Positions 47,873-57,443 of a stretch of DNA of 64,000 nt are shown here, piece by piece. Source of the DNA: an uncultured Leifsonia sp. (GTDB taxonomy: Bacteria > Actinomycetota > Actinomycetes > Actinomycetales > Microbacteriaceae); NCBI RefSeq assembly GCF_945957465.1, contig NZ_CAMFLC010000016.1:5315-69314 (forward strand). Direction: 5' to 3'. Position 1 is the first letter of the stretch. Each line of letters starts with the position of its first letter. The notes below the pieces were generated by a model. That model searched no databases. It had not been told where the DNA came from and was given only the letters and a program-made list of their open reading frames with translations. Both the position numbers and the translations under genes were made by a program.

Positions 47873-49081
47873 GTGGTCGAACAGCTCTCCCCCGCTCTCG
47901 CGCGCCGCATCGCGCTCGCCGCCCAGGGCTTCGGCCGGCCGCGCCCGGCGGTGGTGGGCACCCGCCAGCTGAACGCACTCGTCGATCGCATCAACCTGCT
48001 CCAGATCGACTCGGTCAACGTGTTCGAGCGCAGCCACTACCTTCCGGCGTTCGCGCGGCTCGGCGTCTACGACCGTACGCTGCTCGACAGACTGACGTTC
48101 GACGCCCGCGGGCCGCACACCGAGTACTGGGCGCACGAGGCGGCATTCGTGCGCAAAGACGACTGGCCGCTGTTCCGGTGGCGCATGCGGTTGTATCGCG
48201 AGCGCTACGGCACCGGTAACGCGTGGTTCGCCGCCAACGAGAGCACCCTGCAGTGGCTGCGCGCCGAGCTGGCCGAGAAGGGGCCCCTGGCGGCGAGCGA
48301 GATCGAACACGATGCCAACCGGCGCTCCGGGCCGTGGTGGGGGTGGTCGGAGGTCAAGCGGGCGCTGGAGCGGATGTTCCTGTTCGGCGAGGTCGCGATC
48401 GCGGGCCGCACCCGCTTCCAGAGGCGCTACGGGCTGGTCGACGACGTGCTGCCGGCGCACGTGCTCGACCGCACCGTCGACGATGAAGACGCCATCCGCG
48501 AGCTGGTGCGGCGTTCGGCGGTCGCGCACGGCATCGGCACCGCGCGCGACCTGGCCGACTACTACCGGCTGAAAGGCCCCGCGGTGCAGGTCGCCCTTCA
48601 GCAGCTCGAAGACGCGGGCGAACTCATCCCCGTGCAGGTGCGCGGATGGGAGGCGCCGGGAGGCCGCCCGCTGAAGACGTGGATGCACCGGGACGCCCGC
48701 AAGCCGCGGTCGATCGAGGCCGCCGCGCTGCTGTCGCCGTTCGACCCGGTCGTCTGGTTCCGCGATCGCGCCCTGCGCATGTTCGGGTTCCATTACCGCA
48801 TCGAGATCTACACCCCGGCGCCGCAGCGGGTGTACGGCTACTATTCCCTCCCGATCCTCCTCGACGACGACCTCGTCGGCCGCATCGACCTCAAAAGCGA
48901 CCGTCAGGCCGGCGTCCTGCGCGTGCAGTCGGCGTGGACCGAGTCGGGCCACGGCGGCCCCATCGCCGAGCGGCTCGTGCCGCTCCTGGCGCAGACGGCG
49001 GCCTGGCAGGGCCTGGGCGAGGTGCGTGTCGCCGACGGCGCGCGCGGCGACCTCGCCCCGGTGCTCGCCGCCACGCTCTGA
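47873..49081 (+). CDS. YcaQ/AlkZ-family DNA crosslink-repair glycosylase
   Basis: LLQIDSVNV QxD motif, RSHYLP, EYWAHEA, LLSPFDP, RVYGYY. Confidence 0.88.
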   Translation: MVEQLSPALARRIALAAQGFGRPRPAVVGTRQLNALVDRINLLQIDSVNVFERSHYLPAFARLGVYDRTLLDRLTFDARGPHTEYWAHEAAFVRKDDWPLFRWRMRLYRERYGTGNAWFAANESTLQWLRAELAEKGPLAASEIEHDANRRSGPWWGWSEVKRALERMFLFGEVAIAGRTRFQRRYGLVDDVLPAHVLDRTVDDEDAIRELVRRSAVAHGIGTARDLADYYRLKGPAVQVALQQLEDAGELIPVQVRGWEAPGGRPLKTWMHRDARKPRSIEAAALLSPFDPVVWFRDRALRMFGFHYRIEIYTPAPQRVYGYYSLPILLDDDLVGRIDLKSDRQAGVLRVQSAWTESGHGGPIAERLVPLLAQTAAWQGLGEVRVADGARGDLAPVLAATL

Positions 49082-49153
49082 TCCACCCGTGGTCGGGCGA
49101 GCCGGCGCTACGAACCCTCGCGGAGCCGCGGCGCGCGGGGGTAAGGTGCGGGC

Positions 49154-49582
49154 ATGAGTTCACCGCTGGAGTATCTGAACGCCGACGGGGCCGACGAGGC
49201 CGACTACGAACAGCCCATGCGCGAGCTCTTCGCCTACCGCGACGGCGATCATTGGCTCGACGGGATCGTCACCGGCGTCAAACGCGGATCCGACGGCCGG
49301 GCGTGCGTCCAGTTCGACGGTCGCATGTGGGTGGGCACCGACGACATCCGCGAGTCGAACCACTACATCGCGGTACTGCTGAACCCGGACTCGACGGTCT
49401 ACGCGGAGGTCATCACGGGTTACCGCGATGGGGCGCCCGCCGACCTGATCCGTGACATCGACGTGGTCGACGGCTCGAACAACGCCGGGACCGAGTGGCG
49501 GCCGGTCGACGAGCAGCCGGTCGGAACGCGCGTGCGCTACCGCTACACCGGCACCGCCGAACTCGAGGCCGCCGAGGCGTAA
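49154..49582 (+). CDS. Acidic hypothetical protein (142 aa)
   Basis: TAAGGT -10-like box before ATG; internal YRDG repeat. Confidence 0.75.
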   Translation: MSSPLEYLNADGADEADYEQPMRELFAYRDGDHWLDGIVTGVKRGSDGRACVQFDGRMWVGTDDIRESNHYIAVLLNPDSTVYAEVITGYRDGAPADLIRDIDVVDGSNNAGTEWRPVDEQPVGTRVRYRYTGTAELEAAEA

Positions 49583-49603
49583 TACCGCGCCGCGCGCGCC
49601 GAC

Positions 49604-49656
49604 ATTCGTCACGAATCCCTACATTCGTGGCACGAATGTGGACATTCGTGACGAAT
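49604..49656. repeat. Triple-palindrome intergenic element, copy 2
   Basis: ATTCGTCACGAAT-6-ATTCGTGGCACGAAT-6-ATTCGTGACGAAT. Confidence 0.85.
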
Positions 49657-49669
49657 CATGCGGCTCGGG

Positions 49670-50554
49670 TCAGAAGGTGGAGCCCATCTTCTCGAGGCGG
49701 TCCACGCGTTCGGGGATGGGCGGGTGCGTCGAGAACAGGCGGCTCATCAGGCTGGGCTTGAGCGGCTCGGCGATCCAGAGGTGCGCCATGCTGCTGTTCT
49801 GGCGTCGCATCGGCTGGCCGTAGTCCTGCAGCTTGAGCAGGGCGCTCGCCAGGGCGTCCGGGTGGCGGGTGGTCATCGCACCCGTCGCATCGGCGAGATA
49901 CTCGCGCTGGCGCGATACCGCCAGCTGCACCAGTGTGGCGACGAGCGGAGCGATGATGGCCGCGATCAGACCCGCGACGAGCACGAACGGATTGCCGCCG
50001 TTGTTGTTGTTGCGGTTGTTGCCACCGAAGAACGCCATGCGGACGAAGATGTCGGCGATGAGCCCGATCGCGACCGTGAGGCCGAACACGATCATCGACA
50101 GGCGGATGTCGTAGTTGCGCACGTGCCCGAGCTCGTGCGCCATCACGCCCTCCAGCTCGGCGTCGTTCATGATGTCGAGCAGACCGGTGGTCGCCGCGAC
50201 CGAGGCGTGCTGGGGGTCCCGCCCGGTCGCGAACGCGTTGGGCGCGGGATCGTTGATGATGTAGACCGCCGGCATCGGCGTCCCCGTCGTGATCGAGAGG
50301 TTCTCGACGACGTTCCACAACCGCGGATTGTCGGCCTTGGTGATCGGAACCGCCCCGGACATGCTGAGCGCCTGACTGGAGGCCATGAAGTACTGGAACA
50401 CCGCGTAGACGATCGCGCCGATCGCGACCCACGCCAGGATCGCCCAGCTGTTGTAGATGACCGAGAACAGCCATCCGAGCGCACCGATGAGAACCAGGAA
50501 CAGCAGGATGATGAAGACGGTGTTGCGCTTGTTCCTGGCGATAGCCCTGTACAT
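49670..50554 (-). CDS. htpX: M48 zinc metalloprotease HtpX
   Basis: PNAFATG, AHELGH (HExxH), SRQREYLAD, STHPP. Confidence 0.93.
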   Translation of the reverse strand: MYRAIARNKRNTVFIILLFLVLIGALGWLFSVIYNSWAILAWVAIGAIVYAVFQYFMASSQALSMSGAVPITKADNPRLWNVVENLSITTGTPMPAVYIINDPAPNAFATGRDPQHASVAATTGLLDIMNDAELEGVMAHELGHVRNYDIRLSMIVFGLTVAIGLIADIFVRMAFFGGNNRNNNNGGNPFVLVAGLIAAIIAPLVATLVQLAVSRQREYLADATGAMTTRHPDALASALLKLQDYGQPMRRQNSSMAHLWIAEPLKPSLMSRLFSTHPPIPERVDRLEKMGSTF

Positions 50555-50561
50555 CGACGAC

Positions 50562-51128
50562 CTAGAACTGAACGCGCGGCGGCTCGGCGATCGCCGCCAG
50601 GTTGTCGACCTCGAAGAACTCGCGCTCGCTGAAGCCCAGACGGCGCGCGAACAGGTTGTTGGGGAAGACCTTGATCTTCGTGTTGAACTCGCGCACCCCG
50701 CCGTTGTAGAACCGGCGGGAGGCCTGGATCTTGTCTTCGGTGTCGACCAGGTCGGCCTGCAGTCGCAGGAAGTTCTGGCTCGCCTGCAGCTGCGGATACG
50801 CCTCGGCCACGGCGAAGATGCTCTTCAGGGCGGTCTGCATGTGCCCCTCGGCCACGGATGCCTCGCCCGGCGTCTGTGCGCTCAGCGTCTCGGCCCGCGC
50901 CTTCGTGACGGATTCGAACACCCCGCGCTCGTGCGTGGCGTAGCCCTTGACCGTCTCGATCAGGTTGGGGATGAGGTCGGCACGACGCTTCAGCTGCACC
51001 GTGATGTCGCTCCAGGCCTCGTCGACCCGGACCTTGAGCGTGACCAGCGAGTTGTACGTGGCCCAGAAGTAGATTCCGATGATCGCGACGAGCACGACGA
51101 CGATGATGACCGGAATGAGCCATTCCAT
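50562..51128 (-). CDS. lemA: LemA family protein
   Basis: QLKRRADLIPNL, EAYPQLQA, EDKIQASRRFYN. Confidence 0.95.
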   Translation of the reverse strand: MEWLIPVIIVVVLVAIIGIYFWATYNSLVTLKVRVDEAWSDITVQLKRRADLIPNLIETVKGYATHERGVFESVTKARAETLSAQTPGEASVAEGHMQTALKSIFAVAEAYPQLQASQNFLRLQADLVDTEDKIQASRRFYNGGVREFNTKIKVFPNNLFARRLGFSEREFFEVDNLAAIAEPPRVQF

Positions 51129-51279
51129 TGCGGGAACTCCTATGCGTCTGGGCGCTGATCGACGGCGCTGACAGCATCCTAACGGGCGCGGATGCGCCTC
51201 CCACCGCCTTCCCACCACTCTCGAAGCAACCGCAATGCGGATGGACAGCGCCCCGCCGCCGGGGTGCACAATTGCTGTC

Positions 51280-51915
51280 GTGAGCGAGATCGCCGAACGC
51301 CGTAGCCGCGGCCGCCCGCGCAAGGAGCGCGGGGCGGCCTCCACCCGTTCGGCCATCGTGCGCGCCGCCGCCGAGGAGTTCACCGAGCGCGGCTACGAGG
51401 CCGCCTCGCTTCGCGCGATCGCCCGTCGCGCGGGCGTCGACTCGGCCCTCGTCCACCACTACTTCGACGACAAGGCCGAGCTGTTCACCGCGACGCTGGA
51501 GGCGCCGTTGCGCCCCGACCGCGTGATCGACATCGTGCTGAGCGCCCCGCGCGCCGAGATCGGCGAGACACTGGTGCGCTATCTGCTCACCCAGCTGGAG
51601 GACGAGCGCGCCGCGGGCCGGATGGTGCTCATCCTGCGCACAGCGCTGGGCAGCGGCGCCGGGACGCGCATGCTGCGGGAGTTCCTGACGCGGGAGGTGT
51701 TCACCCGCCTGGCCGCACTCGCCCACTCGGACGATGCCGACTTGCGCGCCGACCTGGCCGCCTCGCAGATCGTCGGCCTGATGATGACGCGTTACGCCCT
51801 GAAACTGAAGCCGGTCGCCGACGCCGGCCCGGACGAACTGGCCCGGCGGGTCGGGCCGGTGATCCAGTGGCACCTGTTCGGCGATCTTGACGGACGGGTC
51901 GGCGCGGGCGAATAA
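51280..51915 (+). CDS. TetR family regulator
   Basis: SLRAIARRAGVDSALVHHYF. Confidence 0.92.
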   Translation: MSEIAERRSRGRPRKERGAASTRSAIVRAAAEEFTERGYEAASLRAIARRAGVDSALVHHYFDDKAELFTATLEAPLRPDRVIDIVLSAPRAEIGETLVRYLLTQLEDERAAGRMVLILRTALGSGAGTRMLREFLTREVFTRLAALAHSDDADLRADLAASQIVGLMMTRYALKLKPVADAGPDELARRVGPVIQWHLFGDLDGRVGAGE

Positions 51916-51923
51916 TTCATCGC

Positions 51924-52715
51924 ATGATGAATTCAGGCGCCGTCGTCGTCATCGAAGGCCTACGGGTGCGCCGCGGTCGCACCGCGGTGCTCGACGGGCT
52001 CGACCTGAGCATCCCGCGTGGACAGGTCATCGGCCTGCTCGGGCCGAGCGGGTGCGGCAAGACGACGCTGATGCGCTCGATCGTCGGCGTGCAGCGGGTC
52101 GCGGGGGGCCGGGTGGAGGTGCTCGGCCAGCCGGCCGGGTCGGCGGCCCTGCGCCACCGGGTCGGCTACGTGACGCAGGCCGCGAGCGTCTACGACGACC
52201 TCACCGTCCGGCAGAACCTCGCCTACTTCCGCCGTGTCCTCGGGGCGGGAAAGGACGACGTCGAGCGCGCGATCGACGCGACCGACCTGGGGGCGAACGC
52301 CGGCCGACTGGTCTCCACGCTCTCCGGCGGCCAGCGCAGCCGCGTGTCACTGGCGGCCGCGCTGCTCGGCTCCCCCGACCTGCTGGTGCTCGACGAGCCG
52401 ACGGTCGGTCTCGACCCGGTGCTGCGCGTCGAGCTGTGGTCGCTGTTCCACCGGCTCGCCGACGGCGGCACGAGCCTCCTGATCTCGAGCCACGTCATGG
52501 ACGAGGCGACGCGCTGCGACCGCCTGCTGCTGATGCGGGACGGCGCGATCCTCGCCGACACGACGCCGGAGCGACTGCTGGCCGAGACCGGCGCCGCCGA
52601 CGCCGAGGGGGCCTTCCTCACCCTGCTGCGCCGGCACCATCCGCGCCACGCGCTCGCCGAGCCGGCGGAGGGCGACGGCGATCCCGGCGCGGAGGAGGAG
52701 AGGGCCGCACGATGA
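51924..52715 (+). CDS. ABC exporter ATP-binding protein
   Basis: GPSGCGKT, LSGGQ, LDEPTVG, SSH. Confidence 0.92.
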   Translation: MMNSGAVVVIEGLRVRRGRTAVLDGLDLSIPRGQVIGLLGPSGCGKTTLMRSIVGVQRVAGGRVEVLGQPAGSAALRHRVGYVTQAASVYDDLTVRQNLAYFRRVLGAGKDDVERAIDATDLGANAGRLVSTLSGGQRSRVSLAAALLGSPDLLVLDEPTVGLDPVLRVELWSLFHRLADGGTSLLISSHVMDEATRCDRLLLMRDGAILADTTPERLLAETGAADAEGAFLTLLRRHHPRHALAEPAEGDGDPGAEEERAAR

Positions 52716-53446
52716 ACGCCACCCGCACGCTCGCCACGGCCGGCCGCGTCCTCACCCAGATCCGGCACGACCCGCGCACGATCGTCCTCCTGGTCGTCGT
52801 GCCCAGCCTCCTCATCGGCCTGGTCGCCTGGATCTTCACCGACACCGACGTCTTCGCCACGATCGGTCCGGCGATGCTGGCCCTGTTCCCGTTCATCGTC
52901 ATGTTCCTGGTCACCAGCATCACCACGCTCCGGGAGCGTCGCACGGGAACGCTGGAGCGGTTGCTCTCGATGCCGCTCGGCAAGGGCGACTTCATCCTCG
53001 GGTACACGTTGGCGTTCGGGGTGCTCGCCGTCATCCAGTCGCTCGTCGCCTCCGGGTACGCCATCTGGGTGTGCGGGCTGACGATCAAGGGCGACGCCTG
53101 GCTGCTGGTGGCTGTGGCCGTGACGGACGCCGTGCTCGGCAGCACGCTGGGCCTGTTCGCGAGCGCCTTCGCCCGCACCGAGTTCCAGGTGGTGCAGTTC
53201 ATGCCGGCGATCGTGTTCCCGCAGATCCTGCTCGGCGGGATCTTCCTGCCGCGCGACCAACTGCCCGCCGGTCTCAAGGAGATCAGCGACTGGCTGCCGC
53301 TGTCGCACGCCGTCGACGCGCTCAACGCGGTGGCGACGGACTCGCACGACGCCGCCTACGTGGGAGGCCAGCTCCTCATCATCGGAGCGTTCGCCGTCGG
53401 CGCCGTCGTCGTCGGCGCCCTCACCCTCCAGCGCCGCACCGCTTAG
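52712..53446 (+). CDS. ABC-2 permease
   Basis: ERRTGTLERLLSMP; 6 TM segments; ATGA overlap. Confidence 0.9.
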   Translation: MNATRTLATAGRVLTQIRHDPRTIVLLVVVPSLLIGLVAWIFTDTDVFATIGPAMLALFPFIVMFLVTSITTLRERRTGTLERLLSMPLGKGDFILGYTLAFGVLAVIQSLVASGYAIWVCGLTIKGDAWLLVAVAVTDAVLGSTLGLFASAFARTEFQVVQFMPAIVFPQILLGGIFLPRDQLPAGLKEISDWLPLSHAVDALNAVATDSHDAAYVGGQLLIIGAFAVGAVVVGALTLQRRTA

Positions 53447-53515
53447 CGCGCGAGGCGGCGCGAATTCGCCCCGAATCCGCCGAGGAGGCGCATCATGCGC
53501 CGCCTCGGCGTTCGC

Positions 53516-54844
53516 TCAGGGGCCGAGCACCCGGCGGAGGTAGGCGTTCTCGAAACGTCGGTCGGGGTCGAGACGGTCGCGGGCGGCGAGGAAGTCGTCG
53601 AACCGGGGGTACGAGTGGCGCAGCGAGGACGCGTCGCGGTAGTGCATCTTGCCCCAGTGCGGTCGGCCGTCGTGTGCCTTCATGATCTCCTCGACAGCGG
53701 TGAAGTACTCGGTCGGATCCTCCCGGTAGTACCGATGCACGGCGATGTAGCCGGTCTCGCGGCCGTACGCCGTCGACAGCCAGTTGTCGTCCGCCGCCGC
53801 CGAGCGCACCTCGATCGGGAAGGAGATGCGCCAGCCGCGACGCTCGATCAGGGCCTTCACCTCGCCGAGCGCGCCGGGCACCGCCTCGCGCGGGATGGCG
53901 TACTCCATCTCGCGGAAGCGCACCGTCCGGTTCGTCACGAAGACGCGCGGCGAATGATCGGTGAAGTCGCGATTGCCGGTGAGGCGCTGCGCCAGCCGAC
54001 TGAACGGCGGGATGATCGCCGGCGCCACCGTCCCGACGGCGCAGACGCCCCGGTAGACGCCGTTGGCGAGCAGTTCGTCGTCGATCCAGCGGCCGACCGG
54101 CGAGAGCGGCGCGCGCTCCGAGGTGAGCGGCAGACGCGTGTTCGTCTTGGTGAGACCGGTCTCGGTGTGCGGGAACCAGTAGAACTCGAAGTGGTCCTCC
54201 GCTGCGGACCGGTCGAGATAGGTGTCGAGCACCTGCTGCAGCGGCTCCGGGCGCTCCACCGCCTTCAGCAGGTAGGCGGGCACGCACTGCAGGGTGATAT
54301 CGACGACCACCCCGAGCGCCCCGAGCCCGAGGCGCACGGCGGGGAGCAGCTCGGCGTTCTCATCCTCGGACACCGTCAGCAGCTCGCCGGAGCCGGTGAC
54401 CAGCGTGACCGCGACGATCTGCGTCGCGAGGCCGCCGAACGAGCCGCCTGTCCCGTGCGTGCCCGTGGACGTCGCCCCCGCGATGGTCTGCCGGTCGATG
54501 TCACCCATGTTCTGCAGGGCCAGGCCGTACGGGCGCAGCAGCCGCGGCAGCTGGTGGAGGCGCGTTCCCGCGGCCAGCCGCACCCGCGCGCGTTCCACGT
54601 CGACGTCGAGCACACCGCTGAGGTCCTCGAGGTCGAGCAGCACGCCCGGCGCCGCGGCGATCGCGGTGAAGCTGTGACCGGCGCCGACCGCCTTGACCCG
54701 CATCCCCTGCTTCGCCGCTGCCGCCACTGCGCGCTGCACGGCCCCGGCGTCTCGGGGTCGCTCGATGCGCTGCGGCCGGATCGACTCGCTGCGGCCCCAG
54801 TTGTGCCACACCCCGTTGCGCATGACCGCGCCCGTCGCCGTCAC
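53516..54844 (-). CDS. FAD-linked aldonolactone oxidase (D-arabinono-1,4-lactone / L-gulonolactone oxidase family)
   Basis: VGAGHSF, GATSTGTHG, EMEYA, RPHWGK; GTGA overlap with the upstream gene. Confidence 0.92.
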   Translation of the reverse strand: MTATGAVMRNGVWHNWGRSESIRPQRIERPRDAGAVQRAVAAAAKQGMRVKAVGAGHSFTAIAAAPGVLLDLEDLSGVLDVDVERARVRLAAGTRLHQLPRLLRPYGLALQNMGDIDRQTIAGATSTGTHGTGGSFGGLATQIVAVTLVTGSGELLTVSEDENAELLPAVRLGLGALGVVVDITLQCVPAYLLKAVERPEPLQQVLDTYLDRSAAEDHFEFYWFPHTETGLTKTNTRLPLTSERAPLSPVGRWIDDELLANGVYRGVCAVGTVAPAIIPPFSRLAQRLTGNRDFTDHSPRVFVTNRTVRFREMEYAIPREAVPGALGEVKALIERRGWRISFPIEVRSAAADDNWLSTAYGRETGYIAVHRYYREDPTEYFTAVEEIMKAHDGRPHWGKMHYRDASSLRHSYPRFDDFLAARDRLDPDRRFENAYLRRVLGP

Positions 54845-56133
54845 AGGAACACCCGGCCTTCCCCGCGGTAGCTCGGCACCGACCCGACGACCGCGGCGCG
54901 GCCGTCGACGAGGTCGACCAGGTGGAAGTCGTCCACGTGCTCGCTCAGCTCGCCGGACTTGGTGTGCCGCAGCCAGACCCGGTCGCCGATGCGCAGGATC
55001 CCCGCGGCCGCTCCGGTGACCGGCGTCTGCACCTCGCCCGCCATCTCGCGATCGACCATCGACAGGCCGGTCGGCCACTCGATCTTCGGGAGGCGATCGG
55101 GTCCGGGAGGCCCGGACGCGATCCAGCCGCCGCCGAGCAGGGTCGCGGTGCGCAGGTCCGGGCGTCGCACCACCGACAGCGCGAAGGACGCGGCGGGGGC
55201 CGGGCGGAAGCCGCGATAGGTGTCGAACAGGTGACCTCCGAACAGGCCGCTGCCCGCGGCGATCTCGGTGACCGAGGGGTCGGAGGCCGTGAACTCGAGC
55301 GATCCGGTGCCGCCGCCGTTCACGAACTCGAGGTCGGCGAGGGCCCGGACGACGGCGACGGCCTCACCGCGGCGTGCGAGCAGCTCCTCCCGCGAGCTCT
55401 TCTGCATCCAGCGCAGGGTCGCGCCCCAGGCCGGGCGCCCGGGCGGATCGTCGCCCTGGCCGGCGATCTGCGCCTCGTAGCCCATCATCCCGACCAGGGC
55501 GAAGCCAGGGCGTCGCACGATGGCCTCGGCGACCTCGCGCACGGCGTCGACGCTGTGCAGCGGCGAGCGGTAGACACCGATGTGCCCGAGGACAGGGGCG
55601 TCCCATGACGAGTCCAACTCCAGGCAGAGCCGGATGGTCTCGCGCTCGCCGGGCGGGACGACCGCGTCGATGAAGTCGAGGTGCGCGACCGAGTCGACCA
55701 TGAGCGTCACGCGCGCTGCGAGCTCGGGCGACGCGGCGAGGCGGGCGATGGCGGCGCGGTCGGCGGTCGGATACCCGACCACGACATCCTCGATGGGCGG
55801 GTGCCCTGCGTCGCCTTCCGCCAGCCAGAGCGCCTCGGGGAGGGTGTACGCCAGCACGCCCGCGTAGCCGGGGAGGGCGAGCACCGCGTCGAGCACCGAC
55901 CGCACCCGTACCGACTTCGACGCGACGCGGATGGTCTTGCCCGGACGGTCCGGGCTCCCGCCCGCGCGTCGCAGCATGTCGTGCGCGTTGTGCCGCAAAG
56001 CGGGAAGGTGCAGCACCGCGAAGGCCGGGTCGAGACGAGCCGTCGCGACCCCCAGTGCGGGCCAGAAGACGTCGGGGGTCGTCCAGGTGCGTTCGGCGGG
56101 GGCCGGTTTGGTGGTCAGGTCGATCGGGTTCAC
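54841..56133 (-). CDS. Alanine-racemase-fold PLP enzyme (amino acid deaminase/aldolase-like)
   Basis: RVASKSVR PLP lysine, MGYEAQIAG, VNGGGTGS, YRGEG. Confidence 0.88.
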   Translation of the reverse strand: MNPIDLTTKPAPAERTWTTPDVFWPALGVATARLDPAFAVLHLPALRHNAHDMLRRAGGSPDRPGKTIRVASKSVRVRSVLDAVLALPGYAGVLAYTLPEALWLAEGDAGHPPIEDVVVGYPTADRAAIARLAASPELAARVTLMVDSVAHLDFIDAVVPPGERETIRLCLELDSSWDAPVLGHIGVYRSPLHSVDAVREVAEAIVRRPGFALVGMMGYEAQIAGQGDDPPGRPAWGATLRWMQKSSREELLARRGEAVAVVRALADLEFVNGGGTGSLEFTASDPSVTEIAAGSGLFGGHLFDTYRGFRPAPAASFALSVVRRPDLRTATLLGGGWIASGPPGPDRLPKIEWPTGLSMVDREMAGEVQTPVTGAAAGILRIGDRVWLRHTKSGELSEHVDDFHLVDLVDGRAAVVGSVPSYRGEGRVFL

Positions 56134-56186
56134 GGCGTCCTTCCGTCGATTCTGCGTCTGGTGTGCTCTCGCTCCTGTCGCCGGCA

Positions 56187-57443
56187 TCAGCGAACCGCCT
56201 TCACGCGTGCGACCGCGAGGGCCCCGGCGAACGCGAACACGCCCGACAGCACGAACAGGCCGACGAAGCCGCCGAGGGCCGCCACGATCGCGGCACCGAA
56301 CAGGGGCGCCATGGCCTGCGGCACGGCCGTGGCGATGTTCATGATGCCGAGGTCCTTTCCGCGGTTCTCCGGGTCGGGCAGCACTTGAGTCGCGAGCGCC
56401 TGGTCGACGGAGAGAAAGCAGCCGTACCCGAGTCCGAGCAGGCCAGCGGCCACCATCGCGACCGTCAGCTCGGGCACGAACGCCAGCAGCAGCGCCGCGA
56501 CGCCCTGCAGAGCGGACGAGACGAACACGAACGCCTTGCGCCTCCCGAGCCGATCGGACAGCCGGCCGAGGGCGAGTGAGGCGATGATGACGAACACCAT
56601 GTAGATCAGGATCAGCACGAGCAGATCGTCGTCCGCGTGGGCGTCATGGAGGCCGAACTCCAGGAAGTACAGCAGCAGCGAGGTGCCGAACGCGTTCCCG
56701 AAGTTCACCAGCACCCGGCTGAGCAGCGTCCAGCCGAAGTCGGGGTGCTCGCGCGGGCTGATCCACAGCCCCTCCACGACGCCGCGGAAGGTCATCCGCT
56801 CCCGCAGGTGTGCGGGCAGCACAGCGTCCGGCAGGAACAGGAACGGGAGGACGAGCACGACCAGGAGCACCGCCATCGCCGTGTAGCCGATCAGCGCCCC
56901 GACGAACACGAACGTGACGAGCGAGACGCCGAGGATGATCCCGATCGCCTGAGGCGCGCTGATCCAGCCCGACACGTACCCGCGCTGGTCGACGGGCACC
57001 TGGTCGGAGATCGTCGCGGTGAGGGCGGCGGTGAGCACGCAGAAACCGGTGAGCGCGAGCGACCAGAAGACGCCGATCCCGACCATCGTCGTCTGGAGGC
57101 CGAGCAGCATCAGAGACACGGCGAACAGCAGGGCGCCGCCCGCGATCCAGGGCCGACGCCGGCCGAACCGGCTGGTCGTGCGGTCTGAGAGGGCGCCGGT
57201 GAGCGGGTACGCGATGATCGCGCAGACACCGGAGATTCCCGAGATGATGCCGAACGCGATGACGTTGTCGACCCAGTAGTCGGTGTGCAGCTGTGCCTGG
57301 ACCTGGTCGGGCAGCAGCTTCTGGATCGGCGCGAGCTGCGCCATCCAGACGCCCAGCCAGGCGACCGCGAAGGCGGCGATCCAGCGGCCGGGGACGCGCC
57401 GGGTGGGTTCGGCGAAGACGGCGGGCGTCGAGGTGTGGGTCAT
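56187..57443 (-). CDS. MFS transporter
   Basis: GALSDRT...FGRRRPW; GRLSDRLGRRK. Confidence 0.9.
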   Translation of the reverse strand: MTHTSTPAVFAEPTRRVPGRWIAAFAVAWLGVWMAQLAPIQKLLPDQVQAQLHTDYWVDNVIAFGIISGISGVCAIIAYPLTGALSDRTTSRFGRRRPWIAGGALLFAVSLMLLGLQTTMVGIGVFWSLALTGFCVLTAALTATISDQVPVDQRGYVSGWISAPQAIGIILGVSLVTFVFVGALIGYTAMAVLLVVLVLPFLFLPDAVLPAHLRERMTFRGVVEGLWISPREHPDFGWTLLSRVLVNFGNAFGTSLLLYFLEFGLHDAHADDDLLVLILIYMVFVIIASLALGRLSDRLGRRKAFVFVSSALQGVAALLLAFVPELTVAMVAAGLLGLGYGCFLSVDQALATQVLPDPENRGKDLGIMNIATAVPQAMAPLFGAAIVAALGGFVGLFVLSGVFAFAGALAVARVKAVR

